Below, one piece after another: positions 1 through 12,442 of a DNA stretch of 64,000 nucleotides. The stretch comes from Squalus acanthias (taxonomy: Eukaryota). Location of the stretch: NCBI GenBank assembly GCA_030390025.1, contig CM059432.1, positions 18,912,001 through 18,976,000 of the forward strand, given 5' to 3'. A model generated the notes under the pieces. The model made no database searches and had not been told where the DNA came from. It saw nothing but the letters and a program-made list of their open reading frames with translations. How positions within the stretch are numbered: the first letter of the stretch is position 1; every line of letters starts with the position of its first letter. The translations under genes and the position numbers were made by a program.

Positions 1-10
1 CCATTCTCAC

Positions 11-149
11 CTGCCAGGAACACACATTAGACATTCTGGCACACGTTGCAAGATTTTCACACCATCACTTTCAAAGTTTAGAATAATCGCAGGCTCTCAG
101 CAGATGAGGCTGCCCACTGGGAGTGCGAGGTTGGTAAATTAAATCCGTA
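11..149 (-). other. possible host-gene exon (5'UTR plus a short start MSNVCSWQ, or non-coding)
   Basis: On the minus strand there is an acceptor attttattcaacag| and a donor CAG|gtgaga. All three frames contain stops, but gccagaATG opens MSNVCSWQ up to the donor. No family recognised. Confidence 0.3.
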
Positions 150-231
150 CTGTTGAATAAAATAGTGCATTTATGTTAAAAATGGAAATCTAAAATATGT
201 GCATTTTCAGTACTTACTTGGTATATAGTAT

Positions 232-344
232 TACAAAAGGAAAATACTGCTGATGCTTGAAATCTGAAACAAAAATAAAAACAGAAAATGCCTGAAATAC
301 TCAGCAGGTCGGGCAGCATCTGTGGAGAGCAAAACAAAGTTAAT
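232..344 (-). mobile_element. half copy of the Penelope-type palindromic short element, cut at the Harbinger insertion
   Basis: aaaacagaaaatgcctgaaatactcagcaggtcgggcagcatctgtggagag...gttaat matches an arm of 14974-15206. Confidence 0.75.
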
Positions 345-676
345 GGGAGTGAAATTGGGTATCGCCCTGTTTGGGCCGCTAACCTTTGAAATTTTGAAAA
401 TTTAGTGCCAGGCGCTAAGGATTCTGAACTTCTGCTAAATTGAGTGTTAACGCCCCAGGAAGGAAGTGGGGCGCTAAATCAAGCGCTAATGACCTCAGTG
501 GGGCGCTACAGGGGCACTACCAGCAGAACGCTAATGAATTTCAGGTGCAATGCATTCAGCAATGATCCTTCACACTGGTTCCTTCCAGCTCTTAAAGGGA
601 AGGCTGCATCATCGTCCAAATGCTCATTTTCAGCATTGCTGGCTTTGAGACGACCTGCGAGCAAGTGAATCCCCTG

Positions 677-3236
677 ATGGCTATGGCTGTTCCCACTCCC
701 AGGGAGAGAACTCGTTGGTTCCCAGACATTGCATTGGAGGCATTGATGGCTGGAGTGGAGCGAAGGAGGGCAATGCTTGTCCCGGCCACTGGAAGGAGGC
801 CATCACCTCAGGTGTTCAGGGCAATGTGGAGGGAAGTGGCCCAGGAAGTCTCAGCCAGTAGTCATAGAATCATAGAATGGTTACAGCACGGAAGAAGACC
901 ATTTGGCCCATCGATCCCGTGCCAGCTCTCTGCAAGAGCACTTCAGCTAGTCCCACTCCCCCGCCCCTTCCCCGTAGTCCTGCAAATTTCTTTCCTTCAG
1001 GTACTTATCCAATTCCCTTTTGAAAGCCGTGATTGAATCTGCCTCCACCACCCTTTCAGGCAGTGCATTCCAGATCCTAACCATTCGCTGCGTAAAAAGT
1101 TTCTTTTGCCAATCACCTTAAATCTGTTTCCTCTGGTTCTCGACCCTTCTGCCAATGGGAACAGTTTCTCTCTATCTTCTCTGTCTAGACCCCTCATGAT
1201 TTTGAACACCTCTATCAAATTTTCTCTCAATCTTCTCTGTTCCGAGGAGAACAACCCCGGCTTCTCCAGTCTATCAACGTAACTGAAGTCCCTCATTCCT
1301 GGAATCATTCTCGTAAATCTTTTCTGCATCCTCTCTAAGACCTTCACATCCTTCCTAAAGTGTGGTACCCAGAATTGGACACAGTACTCCAGTTGGGGCC
1401 GAACCAGTGTTTTATACAGGTTCATCATAATTTCCACACTTTTGTACTCTATACCTCTATTTATGAAGCCCAAGATCACTTAAGTCTTTTTAACTGCTTT
1501 CTCAACCTGCCCTGCCACCTTCAATGATTTGTGTACACATACCCCCAGTTCTCTCTGTTCGTGCACCCCTTTCAGGGTTGTACCATTTAGTTTATATGTC
1601 CTCTCCTCATTCTTTCTACCAAAATGTATCACTTCTCACTTTTCTGCATTAAATTTCATCTGCCACATGTCTGCCCATTTCGGCAGCCTGTCTATGTCAA
1701 CCTAAAGTCTAACACTCTCCTCCTCATTGTTCACTATACTTCCAAGTTTTGTGTCATCTGCAAATTTTGAAATTGTGCCCTGTACACCCACGTCCAAGTC
1801 ATTAATATATATCAAGAAAAGCAGTGGTCCTAGAACCGACCCCTAGGGAACACCACTGTATACCTTCCTCCAATCTGAAAAACAATCGTTCACCACTACT
1901 CTCTGTTTCCTATCACTTAGCCAATTTCGTATCCATGCAGCCACTGTCCCTTTTATTCCACGGGCTTCAACTTTGCTGGCGAGCCTATTATGTCGAAAGC
2001 CTTTTGGAAATCCATGTACACCACGGCAACTGCATTACCCTCATCAACCCTCTCTGTTACCTCATCAAAGAACTCAATCAAGTTAGTTAAACACGATTTC
2101 TCTTTTACAAATCCGTGCTGGCTTTCCTTAATTAATCCACACTTGTCCAAGTGACTGTTAATTTTGTCCCTGATTATTGTTTCTTAAAGCTTCCTCACTA
2201 CCGAGGTCAAACTGACTGGCCTGTAGTTGCTGGGTTTATGTTTACACCCTTTTTTTGAACAATGGTGTAACATTTGCAATTCTCCAATCCTCTGGCACCA
2301 CCCCTGTATCTAAGGAGGATTGGAATATTATGGCCAGTACCTTCACGATTTCCTCCCTCAATTCCCTCAGCATCCTAGGATGCATTCCATCCGTTCCTGG
2401 TGATTTATCTACTTTAAGTACAGCCAGCCTTTCTCTCCTCTTTATCAATTTTTATCCTATCAAGTATCTCCACTACCTCCTCCTTTACTATGTCTATGGC
2501 AGCATCCTCTTCCTTGGTGAAGACAGATGCAAAGTACTCATTTAGTACCTCAGCAATGCCCTCTGCCTCCATGCATAGGTCTCCTTTTTGGTCCCTAATC
2601 GGCCCCACCCCTCCTCTTACTACCCATTACTATTTATATGCCTATAGATGACTTTTGGATTACCTTTTATGTTGGCTGCCATTCTATTCTCATACCCCCT
2701 CTTTGCCCCACTTATTTACTCTTTAACTTCTCCTCTGACCTTTCTATATATAGCCTGATTCTCAGATGTATTTGCAACCTGACATCTGTCATAGTGTGGT
2801 GGAACGCAGCCTGACACAGTGCCGCAAGAAATTCAACAACCTCAGTCGGGTGGTCAAGGTGAGTACATGCTTCAACAGCTCCTACATACCAGCATTTGAA
2901 CCTCAGTCTGCGCACACTGCGCCACCACTCACCCACCAAACATCTTCACCTACTCAAACTCACATCCACATTTCACGCCCTGCCTACAATCACAGCTATT
3001 CAACAACGACGGCAGGCGTATCTCCCAAACACATAGCTGGACTCTGACTCAAACACATTTGTTTCTCTTGCAGACCAAGATGGCCCACAATAGGAGGGAG
3101 CAGCTGAGAACAGGCGGGGGTGATGCGCAGCTCCAGCAACTCTCAGACCTTGAGGAGCGAGTGCTGTGACTCATTGGGCAGCAGGTGGTGGGCGCCATGG
3201 CCGTCATTGACGTCGACCCCGTTGGGGGCAAAAACA
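677..3236 (+). pseudogene. Harbinger Myb/SANT-like (NAIF1-type) DNA-binding protein gene, exons 1-2
   Basis: Exon 1 (677-862 + ~2793-2858) reads RERTRWFPDIALEALMAGVERRRAML...WREVAQEVSASS/VVERSLTQCRKKFNNLSRVVK|gtgagt. Exon 2 (3074-3236) reads ttgcag|TKMAHNRREQLRTGGG...EERVL*LIG...|gtatgt. The next acceptor is tttcag| at 3389. Disabled by a CR1 insertion and a stop codon. Confidence 0.8.
863..2792 (-). mobile_element. CR1 LINE, 5'-truncated ORF2 (reverse transcriptase) remnant
   Basis: ORF pieces LVRPQLEYCVQFW, QHGF...SCLTNLIEFF...VVYMDFQKAFD, KSPGTDGMHPR...DWRIANVTPLFKK; (TTCTATGA)n tail at 863. Confidence 0.95.
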
Positions 3237-3459
3237 GTATGTTCAGCCCCTCTCCTTATCTCATCCCACTTCCCCCTCACACCACAAACCTTTCTCACTT
3301 TCCACCTTCTGAGAATGTCTACATTCCTTGCTCCATTCCTGCACCCCTGCCCTCACCTTAACACGAGTGTTGTGCCTTTATGCTTTCAGATAATCACAGT
3401 GGAATCACAAAGTGATGGAATGATGGCGACGTGCTCAGCAACCGGAATGAGGACTCAAA

Positions 3460-3801
3460 GTCACTGCAAACGAAGTCTGATGAGGCGGTCACGGACCGAC
3501 TTGCAGAACGCCAATTGAGTGGCTGCCTCCTCCATCGCTGCTGTTTGTCCTCCTGTTCCTCCTGCTCCTCCTCTTCCTCCTCCTCATTCTCGTCCTCTTC
3601 CTCCTGAGGTGGTGGAGTTATGCCTGGTGGCAATGGCTGCGCCCTCATAATGGCCAAGTTGTGCAGCATGCAGCAGACAATGACAAAAATTGACACCCAC
3701 TCAGACGAGTACTGGAGGGCTCCTCCCGAACGGTCAAGGCAGCGGAACCGTTGCTTGAGCACTCCGATGGTCTGCTCAATGATGTTCCTGGTGGCAGCAT
3801 G
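3460..3801 (-). pseudogene. Harbinger DDE transposase (HARBI1-like) C-terminal fragment
   Basis: HAATRNIIEQTIGVLKQRFRCLDRSGGALQYS...VCCMLHNLA followed by an acidic tail. Confidence 0.85.
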
Positions 3802-4825
3802 ACTTGACGCTGCACACCCTGGCTGCCATATGATGCACCAAGTTGGCATCACCCCACACGAACACCATAAAGCATCCCTACAATGCCCAAGCCATTCCTT
3901 TCACACTCATCAGCATTGCGGGGGGGGGGGCAACCTTATGTCTCACCATTCACTGAAACTCACTAAGCCACTTCCAAAGGTGCACACAAATCTGTCCAAG
4001 AACGCAAAGTGTTGAAAATAAAGGTTTCAATGTTTGACAGCACATTAACAGAAATTTAACATGAATATTGGCTAAAACACCCAAGTGCCTACCCTTGTGT
4101 GTTATTAGTTGGTATGATTGGATGAGGATGAGGGTGAGTGTGAGGGGTGGCTAGTGAGATGGGGATGTGATAATGTAGATAGAGAGAAAATGGGCGGAGG
4201 GGCAAGGTAAGTTGGTGTGAGTAAGGATGTGCAGGAGTAGGGTAGGGAAGGCAGAGTGATGGGGATGTGATGAGTGGCACAGCAGGATGAGTTTGAGTGT
4301 GGCTTTGCAGTAACGTTTCCTGATCTACTGAGATCATTGAAAGGTTTGCGCAACTGCAGCCACGTCCTCCTGATGACATCCCTGCTTGTGCCCTCCTGTG
4401 CAATGTGCAACCAGGCTGCGTTGGTCTCCTGGGGAGGTCTCTTCCGCCCATTGGAAGGGAAGAGAACCTCCCTGTATGCTGTGACTCCCTCCATAAGCAT
4501 ATGGAAGGAGTCATGGGAGAGGCTGGGTGCAGCCGTGCACCTCTGTGCAGTCATTGTCAGTGTTTGCAACACCTCAATGCTGTAGAACTTTGGCAGCACA
4601 ACTGTCAAAGTAAATTTAGACATGGCCCCTTTAAGGAAACCGGCTGATGACGCATCATCAAATGACATCATCAGACCCGCTTCCTTTTAATTAGCCGGGA
4701 ACCTCGCTGGGCGGGCTTCACAAGCCCAATCAACGTAAAATCACTTCAACAGAGCAGGATGGAGCAGGCAGCGGACTGGGACCACGCGACTGACCCCGGC
4801 CGCCCCGGTAAGTGAAATCACGGCC
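3802..4825 (-). mobile_element. non-autonomous Harbinger family 1, copy A (partial, Myb side)
   Basis: Colinear with 29245-30973, 52845-54563 and 56768-58348. Terminus GGCCGTGATTT at 4825; Myb-like ORF 4105-4671. Confidence 0.85.
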
Positions 4826-6264
4826 TTGATAGCGATCACGTATGTGTAACCCTGATTGAATTGTTTGCCTACCAAGCCCATGGATGTTGAAGCCAATTAT
4901 CACGCATCTACCGCCATCCCAGCTGAGATTACCAAAAACTAGGGATCTAACCTGGGACCTCTCTGTGTGGCTGAATCCCACACTGGATGTCTCCAAAAGC
5001 CACGATGTTTGTTGCACAAGGATCAGCAAGCAGGAGTGCACTTACTTACTTGGCCAACAGGAGGTGCTAGCAATACTCTCCTCTGGTGTCTCATCAATGC
5101 AAAACGCTTTGATCATCATTGGAAAGGAAAATATGGCGGGGTATATAACAGGCGGCTGATCCGCTACCACTGGTTTTCCACCTTAGTTTTATACCTTAGA
5201 CAAATGCCTTTTGTAAGCCAAATATTTGTTGAAAGCTGTACACAAATTTGCAGTCAAACACCTGTTCTTCTAGCTAGATAGAAAGTATGGAAGTAACTAA
5301 TTATGAAAGAAGAGGCAGATTAAAGAGAAACATTAAGGAAGACTATTGAAAAGACTAATACATTTAATAAATTAATAAATTAATAAGATTAATAAATTTC
5401 ATCCTGCAGTTAAACTAGCAAACCAACAACATGGAAAAATTAGCTGAATTAAAAACTGAAAACACTGGAAGTGGGGCTTGAACCCGCAACCTACTGACTC
5501 ACGCAAGAGAGTACGGCCACAGAGCCAAGTTTACTAGCTGATTTTGGCTCAAGTACAAATTGATGTCAGTGGCAGTACAGCACATGCTTTATTTAGTTAG
5601 TTGGTGAAAGTAATGAGCATGCAGAACTAATGCTGAAATATAAATTTGATAAATGGGTAACATAAATTAATATATTAAGATTTATTTGAATGTTCTGCGG
5701 CGAGCAGAATATTCCCTATTACAGTTATTTAGTTATTATTTTTCTTATAGGACAAATAAACACTATTTATTTTAATCATCATATTGATTGCAAGTTAATT
5801 TTTTTGTTGTTTTAAATTTATTAACTGTCTTGAATTTAAAAATAACGATCTGCTACACAGCAATATGTAGGTTCTAAATTAAACCAAACTTATTTAACTC
5901 AATGCCTTCACAAAGGTTTCTAATACCATAACCTCACAAACCAGGTTATGTGAGGCTGGTGGTCGACAATTGGTGTCACATATTGGCCTGCTCAGTCATT
6001 AATGCACCCACCGACCATAAACTTATGCTCCCTTGTTTGTTGGCACTCTCATCCTTGAGTACGAGGACACACTACTAGTACTATACTACCATACCATCAC
6101 TTCCATTTTGTCTGGTTTCTAATTAACTTCCATAGAATAATATAGTTTATGTCACCAATCTAAATATATTACTTCAGATTTTTCTAATATGGAACTGCTG
6201 TCTTCCTCCACCCTTATTTCCTTCCTGTTTTAGACCCTGCAACTATCCGGGGCAGTTTCAGCTG

Positions 6265-6620
6265 ACTCATCAGTGCAGTGCTGAGGGAAGTGCTGCATTG
6301 TTGGAGGTGCCTTCTTTTGGATGTGACGTTAAACCGAAAACCCGTTTGTCTGCTCAGGTGGAAATTTAAGATCCCATGGCACTAGTTGTCGAAGATCTGG
6401 GGTATTCTCCTCGTGCCCTAGGCAACACTTATGCCTCAACCAACACCACCAAGGCAGATTATCTGGCCGTTTATCTCATTGCTGCTTGTGAGAACCTGCT
6501 GTGTGGCGTTTGGCTGCTGCGTTTGCCTACAAAACAAGTGACTTCACTTCAAAAGACTTGGTTGACTGTGAAGCACTTTAGGGTGCCCGGATGATGTGAA
6601 AGATGCTATATTCAAGTTCT
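6265..6620 (+). mobile_element. Deu-domain SINE (SacSINE1-like), 5'-truncated
   Basis: gtgctgagggaagtgctgcattgttggaggtgcc...gacgttaaaccga...gatcccatggcact...acttcaaaag...gctatat; matches the copy at 18025-18455. Confidence 0.75.
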
Positions 6621-9163
6621 ATTCTTAAGTGTCCTGGACCTAGCTCTTTTCTCCATCGTGCTACAGACCCAACTCCTATCTAGGATAGGTTTCCTGGTAC
6701 TCAGCTCATGTCTGCACCTTATTGCATCCCAGCTCCTGTCCATGGCAAGTGTCATAGTCCCCATCTTACATCTCCAACCTGTTCCAGGCTTGTCTCCCAA
6801 GCTCTTAAACACATGAGTTTCCAGGTTAGCTCCTATCTGTGCCAGTTTAATTTTAACATGGGTGAGCGGGTGGGAGTGGGTGCAGGTTGGGGGTTAAATG
6901 GGCAAAAAATCGAAGCATGTCGGGAAGCTGGCTCCAACCCGCTGACTTCCGGGTTTTACTGAGGCGGGACAAGAGGCGGGCAGCCAGCCCGCTCCCAGGA
7001 AGCATGCGGGGAAAGCCAGATTTCCGGGATTCACACGCACTACCAGACCCCCTCCCCCCCGGCTCCCAGCGCATTGGGAAGTAAACATTCCCCCCAATGT
7101 GTCTGGGCAATGGACAGTCTCAGACCCCAAACTCTATCTAAATTTTCCACTCGTTAACCTATTTCTCCTGGGCCCCTACTAAATATTAGTTGCACCCTAT
7201 TTAAGTATCAACCATCAGTTTCTAACTGAACTATGGCAATTCCAATCTCTCTGTCTCTTTTTTTCCATAGACACTCATCCCTGACTGTAAACAATCATCA
7301 ATCTCAATCCTTTGATGTCTTGATAGTCAGTCATAATCTCAACTCAGGGCTATACTTTGTTAATGTTAATACCGTGCTTAATCCCCAATTTTAGAAAACA
7401 TTTAAACTTATCAAGAATGCGGAAGCATAAAGTGGCTTTGTTTCTTAAGTGCTCAGGTTCAGTCTAAATCCTGTCATCATTCGGCAATCAATTACCGACT
7501 GTGTACTGAACAACTAATTTAAATACAGTCATATCAATCAATGATTTACATATTTATTTCTACCCAATGACTAATGCTGCTGTTTGCCAAATTCAGATGG
7601 TTGCAGATGATCTATTGCCATCACAGTAACCAGCATCTTTTAGAAGCAACATTCTGGGACAGGAGTTAGCATAGAACACAACAATCCACCACCATTCCTA
7701 TTTTATTAAAGGCTGACCTTCATAAGGGTCTCGGCCAACACGTATGCACAAAGATTATAAAGCAATATGCAAAAGCTGCATGAAGAGAGAGTTAAAAACA
7801 ACACCAGCAGCTTTCTGTGAGGCAGTAGTTCTGAAAGTCTTATAATCTCTGTGCAGTAAAATGAGAATGTGCAGAAATGACCTTTTTGCTAATGAAGAAT
7901 CTGCGATTCAAAAACACAAATGCATTTTTCATGTCCTCTTGAACAAACACTTTAGTGACAGTGTTAATTTTCCTTTCTACACCTTCTTCACTCTGTGTTA
8001 TTCATATTGGACTAATTTTATATTTATTGCCTATGTGTCCCTGTCTTACAATGCTAATGCTTTCTCAGGCAGGTTTTGTACTGCTTTCGTACCCTGTTTG
8101 TCTAATGTGTCTCCATTATTCAGCTGAGAGGGGAGGGAGTGACTTTCTGCCAGCCTTCCTGCTTAACGAAAAAGGACAGGAAAAGACCCTCCGGTCCATT
8201 GAGCCTATCCTGTCCCAGCACGGTGCAACTTACACGCCCTGTCCCAACCATCCCTCTGGCCCCCATAGTCAGGCAGTCTACTGGGAGAAGCACTTCTCTC
8301 ACCTTTCCTGTGAGAAAGTATTTGGTATTCACCATCCCCAGCTGAACAGCTGAGATCGGGAAGTCAGCATGTGTGGAGTTGTGTTTGTGAACGAGCATCC
8401 TACCAGATTGTGAGGCCGCATATTAAGTGCGCCAATGAATCATGCGATTGAACTGGCAGGGAAAGTGAAACTAAACATCATAGTCTGCAATCGAATCAAA
8501 GCTATCTTTGAGGCAAATCAAGTGAGGCCTTGGCTGGAAACATAAGATCAATAAAATAACACTAATCTGAGGAAAGTTGAACAAGAACTTTTCTGGTTAG
8601 GCCTCATCTAGATTCCTATCTCTAGTTTTGGTCCCTTCACATGGTGAGTGATATGGATTATTCTTTTTGCAGAGGACCATTGACCTTTGGCATCATTTGC
8701 CAGTTTGTGCAGTGGGTGCGAACATTCAAAACAGAGCTAGATGCGTTCCGGCCTGTGACTGATATCACAGCGTCCAAATGATGGGTGGGGTATTGGCTGA
8801 TGTGCCTCATGGTCACTGTGGTCTTCTGGAACATGTTTTCATCACCTTAGCGGTCAGATCTTTTTTTTCTCCTTGAATTGGTCTGGAGTTTATTTTTTAC
8901 ACCCGTTCTTTTGCCTTTCCCAAGACATTACGCAACTGCTGATGGGTATGGAGCGGTGGGGATCATGATGCTCCATTGCAAAATGACTGTATGGGACAGG
9001 CTCGATGGACCAGCTGATCTTTATCCATCTGTCATTTTTGTTTTTTTTCCATATATAGATAGGTAACTATCAGGAAATACTGAACAGGCTGGAGCTCTTA
9101 TCTCTAGAAAAGAGAAGGCTGAGGTGTGACCTAGTGAAGGTCTTTAAAATTATGAAGAGGTTT

Positions 9164-9677
9164 ACATAAGAAAATAAGAAATAGGAGCAGGAGTCGGCCA
9201 TTTGGCCCCTCGAGCCTGCTCCGCCATTCAATAAGATCATGGCTGATCTTCTACCTCATCTCCTGCACTATCCCCACATCCCTTGATTCCCTTAATATTC
9301 AAAAATCTAACGATCTCGGTCCTGAATATACTCAATGACTGAGCCTCCACAGCCCTCTGGGGTAGAGAATTCCAAAGATTCACCACCCTCTGAGTGAAGA
9401 AATTTCTCCTTATCTCAGTCCTAAATGGCCGACCCCTTATTCTGAGACTGTGACCCCTGGTTCTAGCCTCCCCAGCCAGGGGAAACAACCTCCCTGCATC
9501 TACCCTGTCAAGCCCTGTATGTTTCAATGAGAATTTTGTATGTTTCAATGAGAATTTTGTATGTTTCAATGAGAATTTTGTATGTTTCAATGAGAATTTT
9601 GTATGTTTCAATGAGGATTTTGTATGTTTCAATGAGGATTTTGTATGTTTCAATGAGGATTTTGTATGTTTCAATGA
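9164..9677 (-). mobile_element. CR1 3' fragment (nested)
   Basis: GLDRVDAGRLFPLAGEARTRGHSLRIRGRPFRTEIRRNFFTQRVVNLWNSLP; tail acataagaaaataagaa. Confidence 0.9.
9517..9677. repeat. 21-bp tandem repeat, about 7.7 copies
   Basis: 4 x GTATGTTTCAATGAGAATTTT, then 3 x GTATGTTTCAATGAGGATTTT, then a partial unit. Confidence 0.95.
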
Positions 9678-11087
9678 TAGGGTAGATGTAGAATAGATCT
9701 TTCTACTCGTGGGGGAGACCAAGACTAGAGGGCATAAATATAAGACAGTCACTAATAAATCCAATAAGGAATTCAGGAGCAACGTCTTTACCCAGAGAGT
9801 GGTTAGAATGTGCAACTCGATACCACAAGGAGTAGTTGAGGCGAATAGCATGGATGCATTTAAGAGGAAGCTGGATAAGTGCAGAAGGGTTAAATGGAAC
9901 AGAATGTCAGGAGGCTTGTGTGGAGCATAAACACTGACGTAGACCAGTTGGGCCGAATGGCCTGATTCTGTGCTGTAAATTCTCTGTCATTGATTTGATG
10001 TCTGTTAGCGTAGCTACTTCTACAGGTCTGATTATGGATCTGCACGCATTCCATTCCCCAGCCGATAGTTCCACAGCACCATGGGCAGAGACGCCCCTCA
10101 TGCCTTGAGAATGGTGTAAACACGGGGAAAGGGGCCATAAAGAGTTCGAAAGACAAACACTAAAAATGAAAGGTGGTAGGAAACTGCTGTCTGAGCCCAA
10201 ATTGCAGGCTGTTTAGATTGTACGACATGCCACATCTTAACACTGGAAATCACTTTACAGTGTGCACCATGTTGCAAGGAATAAATATGCATGTCATCCA
10301 CAAATCTGAAGTGAATGGCTAGGTTCTCCATGTGCACATTCGCAGAGGTTGTTGAGATGGCGTTTATTCAGGGTATTGTTACATCAGCCACATAATCATT
10401 AATTCATTCAATTCCTCTCCATTATTTGCTCGACACTAGAGACCAAACTAAAGTAGACTGAAGAACATTAATATTCTCTAGTGTTTCTCAGCTTTGCAGC
10501 TGTTCTCACAGTGAGAAGCTTAGATATTAGATAAATTAGTTCATTAAAACGTAATTCTTACAGAAAGAATCTTTAAGCTCATAGCATCTATTTTGATAAT
10601 AAGACTAATAAATCATTTACAAAAGCACTTATACAGCACAAGGTGCATGTTTAACCCTAACGCCCCCATCTCAGTTTGACAATTAATGTCATTGAAATCA
10701 ACAAGCACTTGTGGAGATGAAGGGGAAAAATGTTTACTGCCAGACATGTCCTTGTAGGTCAATGCGACGGGATTTTCCATTTTCCCAGTACACTCAATGC
10801 TTTTCCTCACATCCTGTACTTAGTGACAGGTAGAACATTCTGATTTGTAGCAGTGTGATTGCTGCCGGAATTCTCATTGGGTCTGTTCCGATGGCGTACA
10901 CGTTCCGGATACAGGTTTGATGGTGAGACTGTCAAAGTCCTGCCCTGTAAATCTTGGTTCTTGCACATGAATATGAGAAAACGATAACGAGAAAATACTT
11001 TAGCTGTCAGTGCAGCTCCAGCTCACAGCTACTGAATTGGAAAATGGACAAATTTTACATTCTTATTTGCTGCTGTAATGTGGTGTT

Positions 11088-11545
11088 GCTGAGTCGTATG
11101 AGGAGAGATTGGGTCGACTAGACCTGTATTCACTAGAGTTTAGAAGAATGAGAGTGGATCTCATTGAAATGTATAAAATTCTGACAGGGCTAGACAGACT
11201 GGATGCAGGGAGGATGTTTCCCCTGGCTGGGGGGTCTAGAACGAGGGGTCACAGTCTCAGGATACGGGGTAGGACATTTAGGACTGAGATGAGGAGAAAT
11301 TTCTTCACTCAGAGGGTGGTGAACCTGTGGAATTCTCTGCCGCAGAAGGCTGCGGAGGCCAAGTCACTGATTATATTTAAGAAGGAGATAGATAGATTTC
11401 TAGACACAAAAGGCATCAAGGGATATGGGGAGAGAGTGGGAATATGGTATTGAGATAGAGGATCAGCCATATTCATATTGAAATGGCAGAACAGGCTCGA
11501 GGGGCCGAATGGCCTACTCCTGCTCCTATTTTTCTATGTTTCTAT
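11088..11545 (+). mobile_element. CR1 3' fragment
   Basis: ORF 11109-11453 LYSLEFRRMRVDLIE...FFTQRVVNLWNSLP; ttctatgt tail. Confidence 0.9.
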
Positions 11546-11701
11546 GTGGGGCGCTTTCCATTTTATGTATATTGAGAGAATCAGCTTAGGCATCGTGAGC
11601 CAGAGCTTTTTGTGAGTGTGTGTGTATGAGGGGGACAAAGTGGTAGGGACAGGCTCTTCCATCCAACAGAGAAGGAGGAAAGTTCGATAGGCAAATAATC
11701 T

Positions 11702-11895
11702 TACATAGAATTTTACAGCACTGAAACAAGCAATTCGGCCCAACAGGTCCATGCCAGTGTTTACGCTCCACAGGAGCCTCCTCCCACCTTACTTCAACTC
11801 ACTCTATCAACTTATCCTTCTATTCCTTTCTCCCTCATGTACTTATCTAGCTTCCCCTTAAATGCATCTATGCTATTCACCTTTACCACTTCTTA
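11702..11895 (-). mobile_element. CR1 3' terminal fragment
   Basis: catagaattttacagcactgaaacaagc...cttcccttaaatgcatctatgct is the reverse complement of the CR1 end type at ~9850-9985. Confidence 0.7.
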
Positions 11896-12442
11896 TATTA
11901 TTTCCTATTTATTATTTTACTTTGCAATGTTTCACAGAGTTTCATAATTTTACAGCAGAAATGTAAATATTAATTTAAATTCTCCTTTTCTTAAGGTTGT
12001 TGTTGGGCACATACTCCCATATTCTGCCATGAAGGTTGGACAATAATAGATCTTGGGCCACTTTGTTCCACCTCCTAGCTGCTACTTCCAGGGCAAACAT
12101 TTCCAGAGGCCGAGGACACCTGCTCGCCTTCTCAATGTCATGGTGTAAAGTGGAGGAGTGTGGCGAGCACAGTAAAATTGCTAAATTAATGAGAGAATAC
12201 AAAGAGAAATGCATCAGTGATACAACAAAAAATTTAACACCACAGGTGGAAACCCAATTTTTTCCTATCGCCTGCAGGTCCAGCTATATGAAGGTTAACT
12301 TGCTCCTTTATAGTGGGATAAGTCAGAAGTTACTTATTTGATGAGTTTGTCGCATTTCTAATAAAAAAACACAGTAAATTGAATTAAAGGGAGTAAGAGG
12401 TAAAAAAAATCAGAAGGCAGGTCCAGAAAGAGACCTCAATGT

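Larger units (their letters stand above)
345..3801 (+). mobile_element. decayed PIF/Harbinger transposon (Myb/SANT gene on +, transposase 3' end on -), interrupted by CR1
   Basis: Starts GGGAGTGAAATTGG. It contains a spliced Myb/SANT gene and a convergent HARBI1-type transposase C-terminus, the standard two-gene Harbinger layout. Confidence 0.8.
9075..9990 (+). mobile_element. CR1 3' fragment (outer) split by a younger antisense CR1
   Basis: ...LEKRRLR.DL.KVFKIMK at ~9100-9163 resumes as DRVD...GETKTRGHKYK...FTQRVVRM at ~9677. Confidence 0.85.

Noticed and set aside
620..1036. 138-aa ORF as a host NAIF1/MSANTD gene
   Set aside because: It is a chimera of a Harbinger Myb exon and antisense CR1 tail; the rest of the gene has a stop codon.
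3394..3852. host HARBI1 gene (also 51257-52344)
   Set aside because: Fragmentary, frameshifted, multi-copy and embedded in transposon structures; these are transposase remnants, not the domesticated gene.
5468..5530. tRNA gene (also 33868-33960 and 18380-18455)
   Set aside because: Only A/B-box-like SINE heads; no complete cloverleaf.
9517..9677. CRISPR-like array
   Set aside because: Units are head-to-tail with no spacers, derive from CR1 sequence, and sit in a eukaryotic context with no cas genes.
10851..10922. plus-strand mini-exon (tttgtag|...|gtgaga)
   Set aside because: Weak acceptor and no recognisable product; probably lies in an old repeat remnant.
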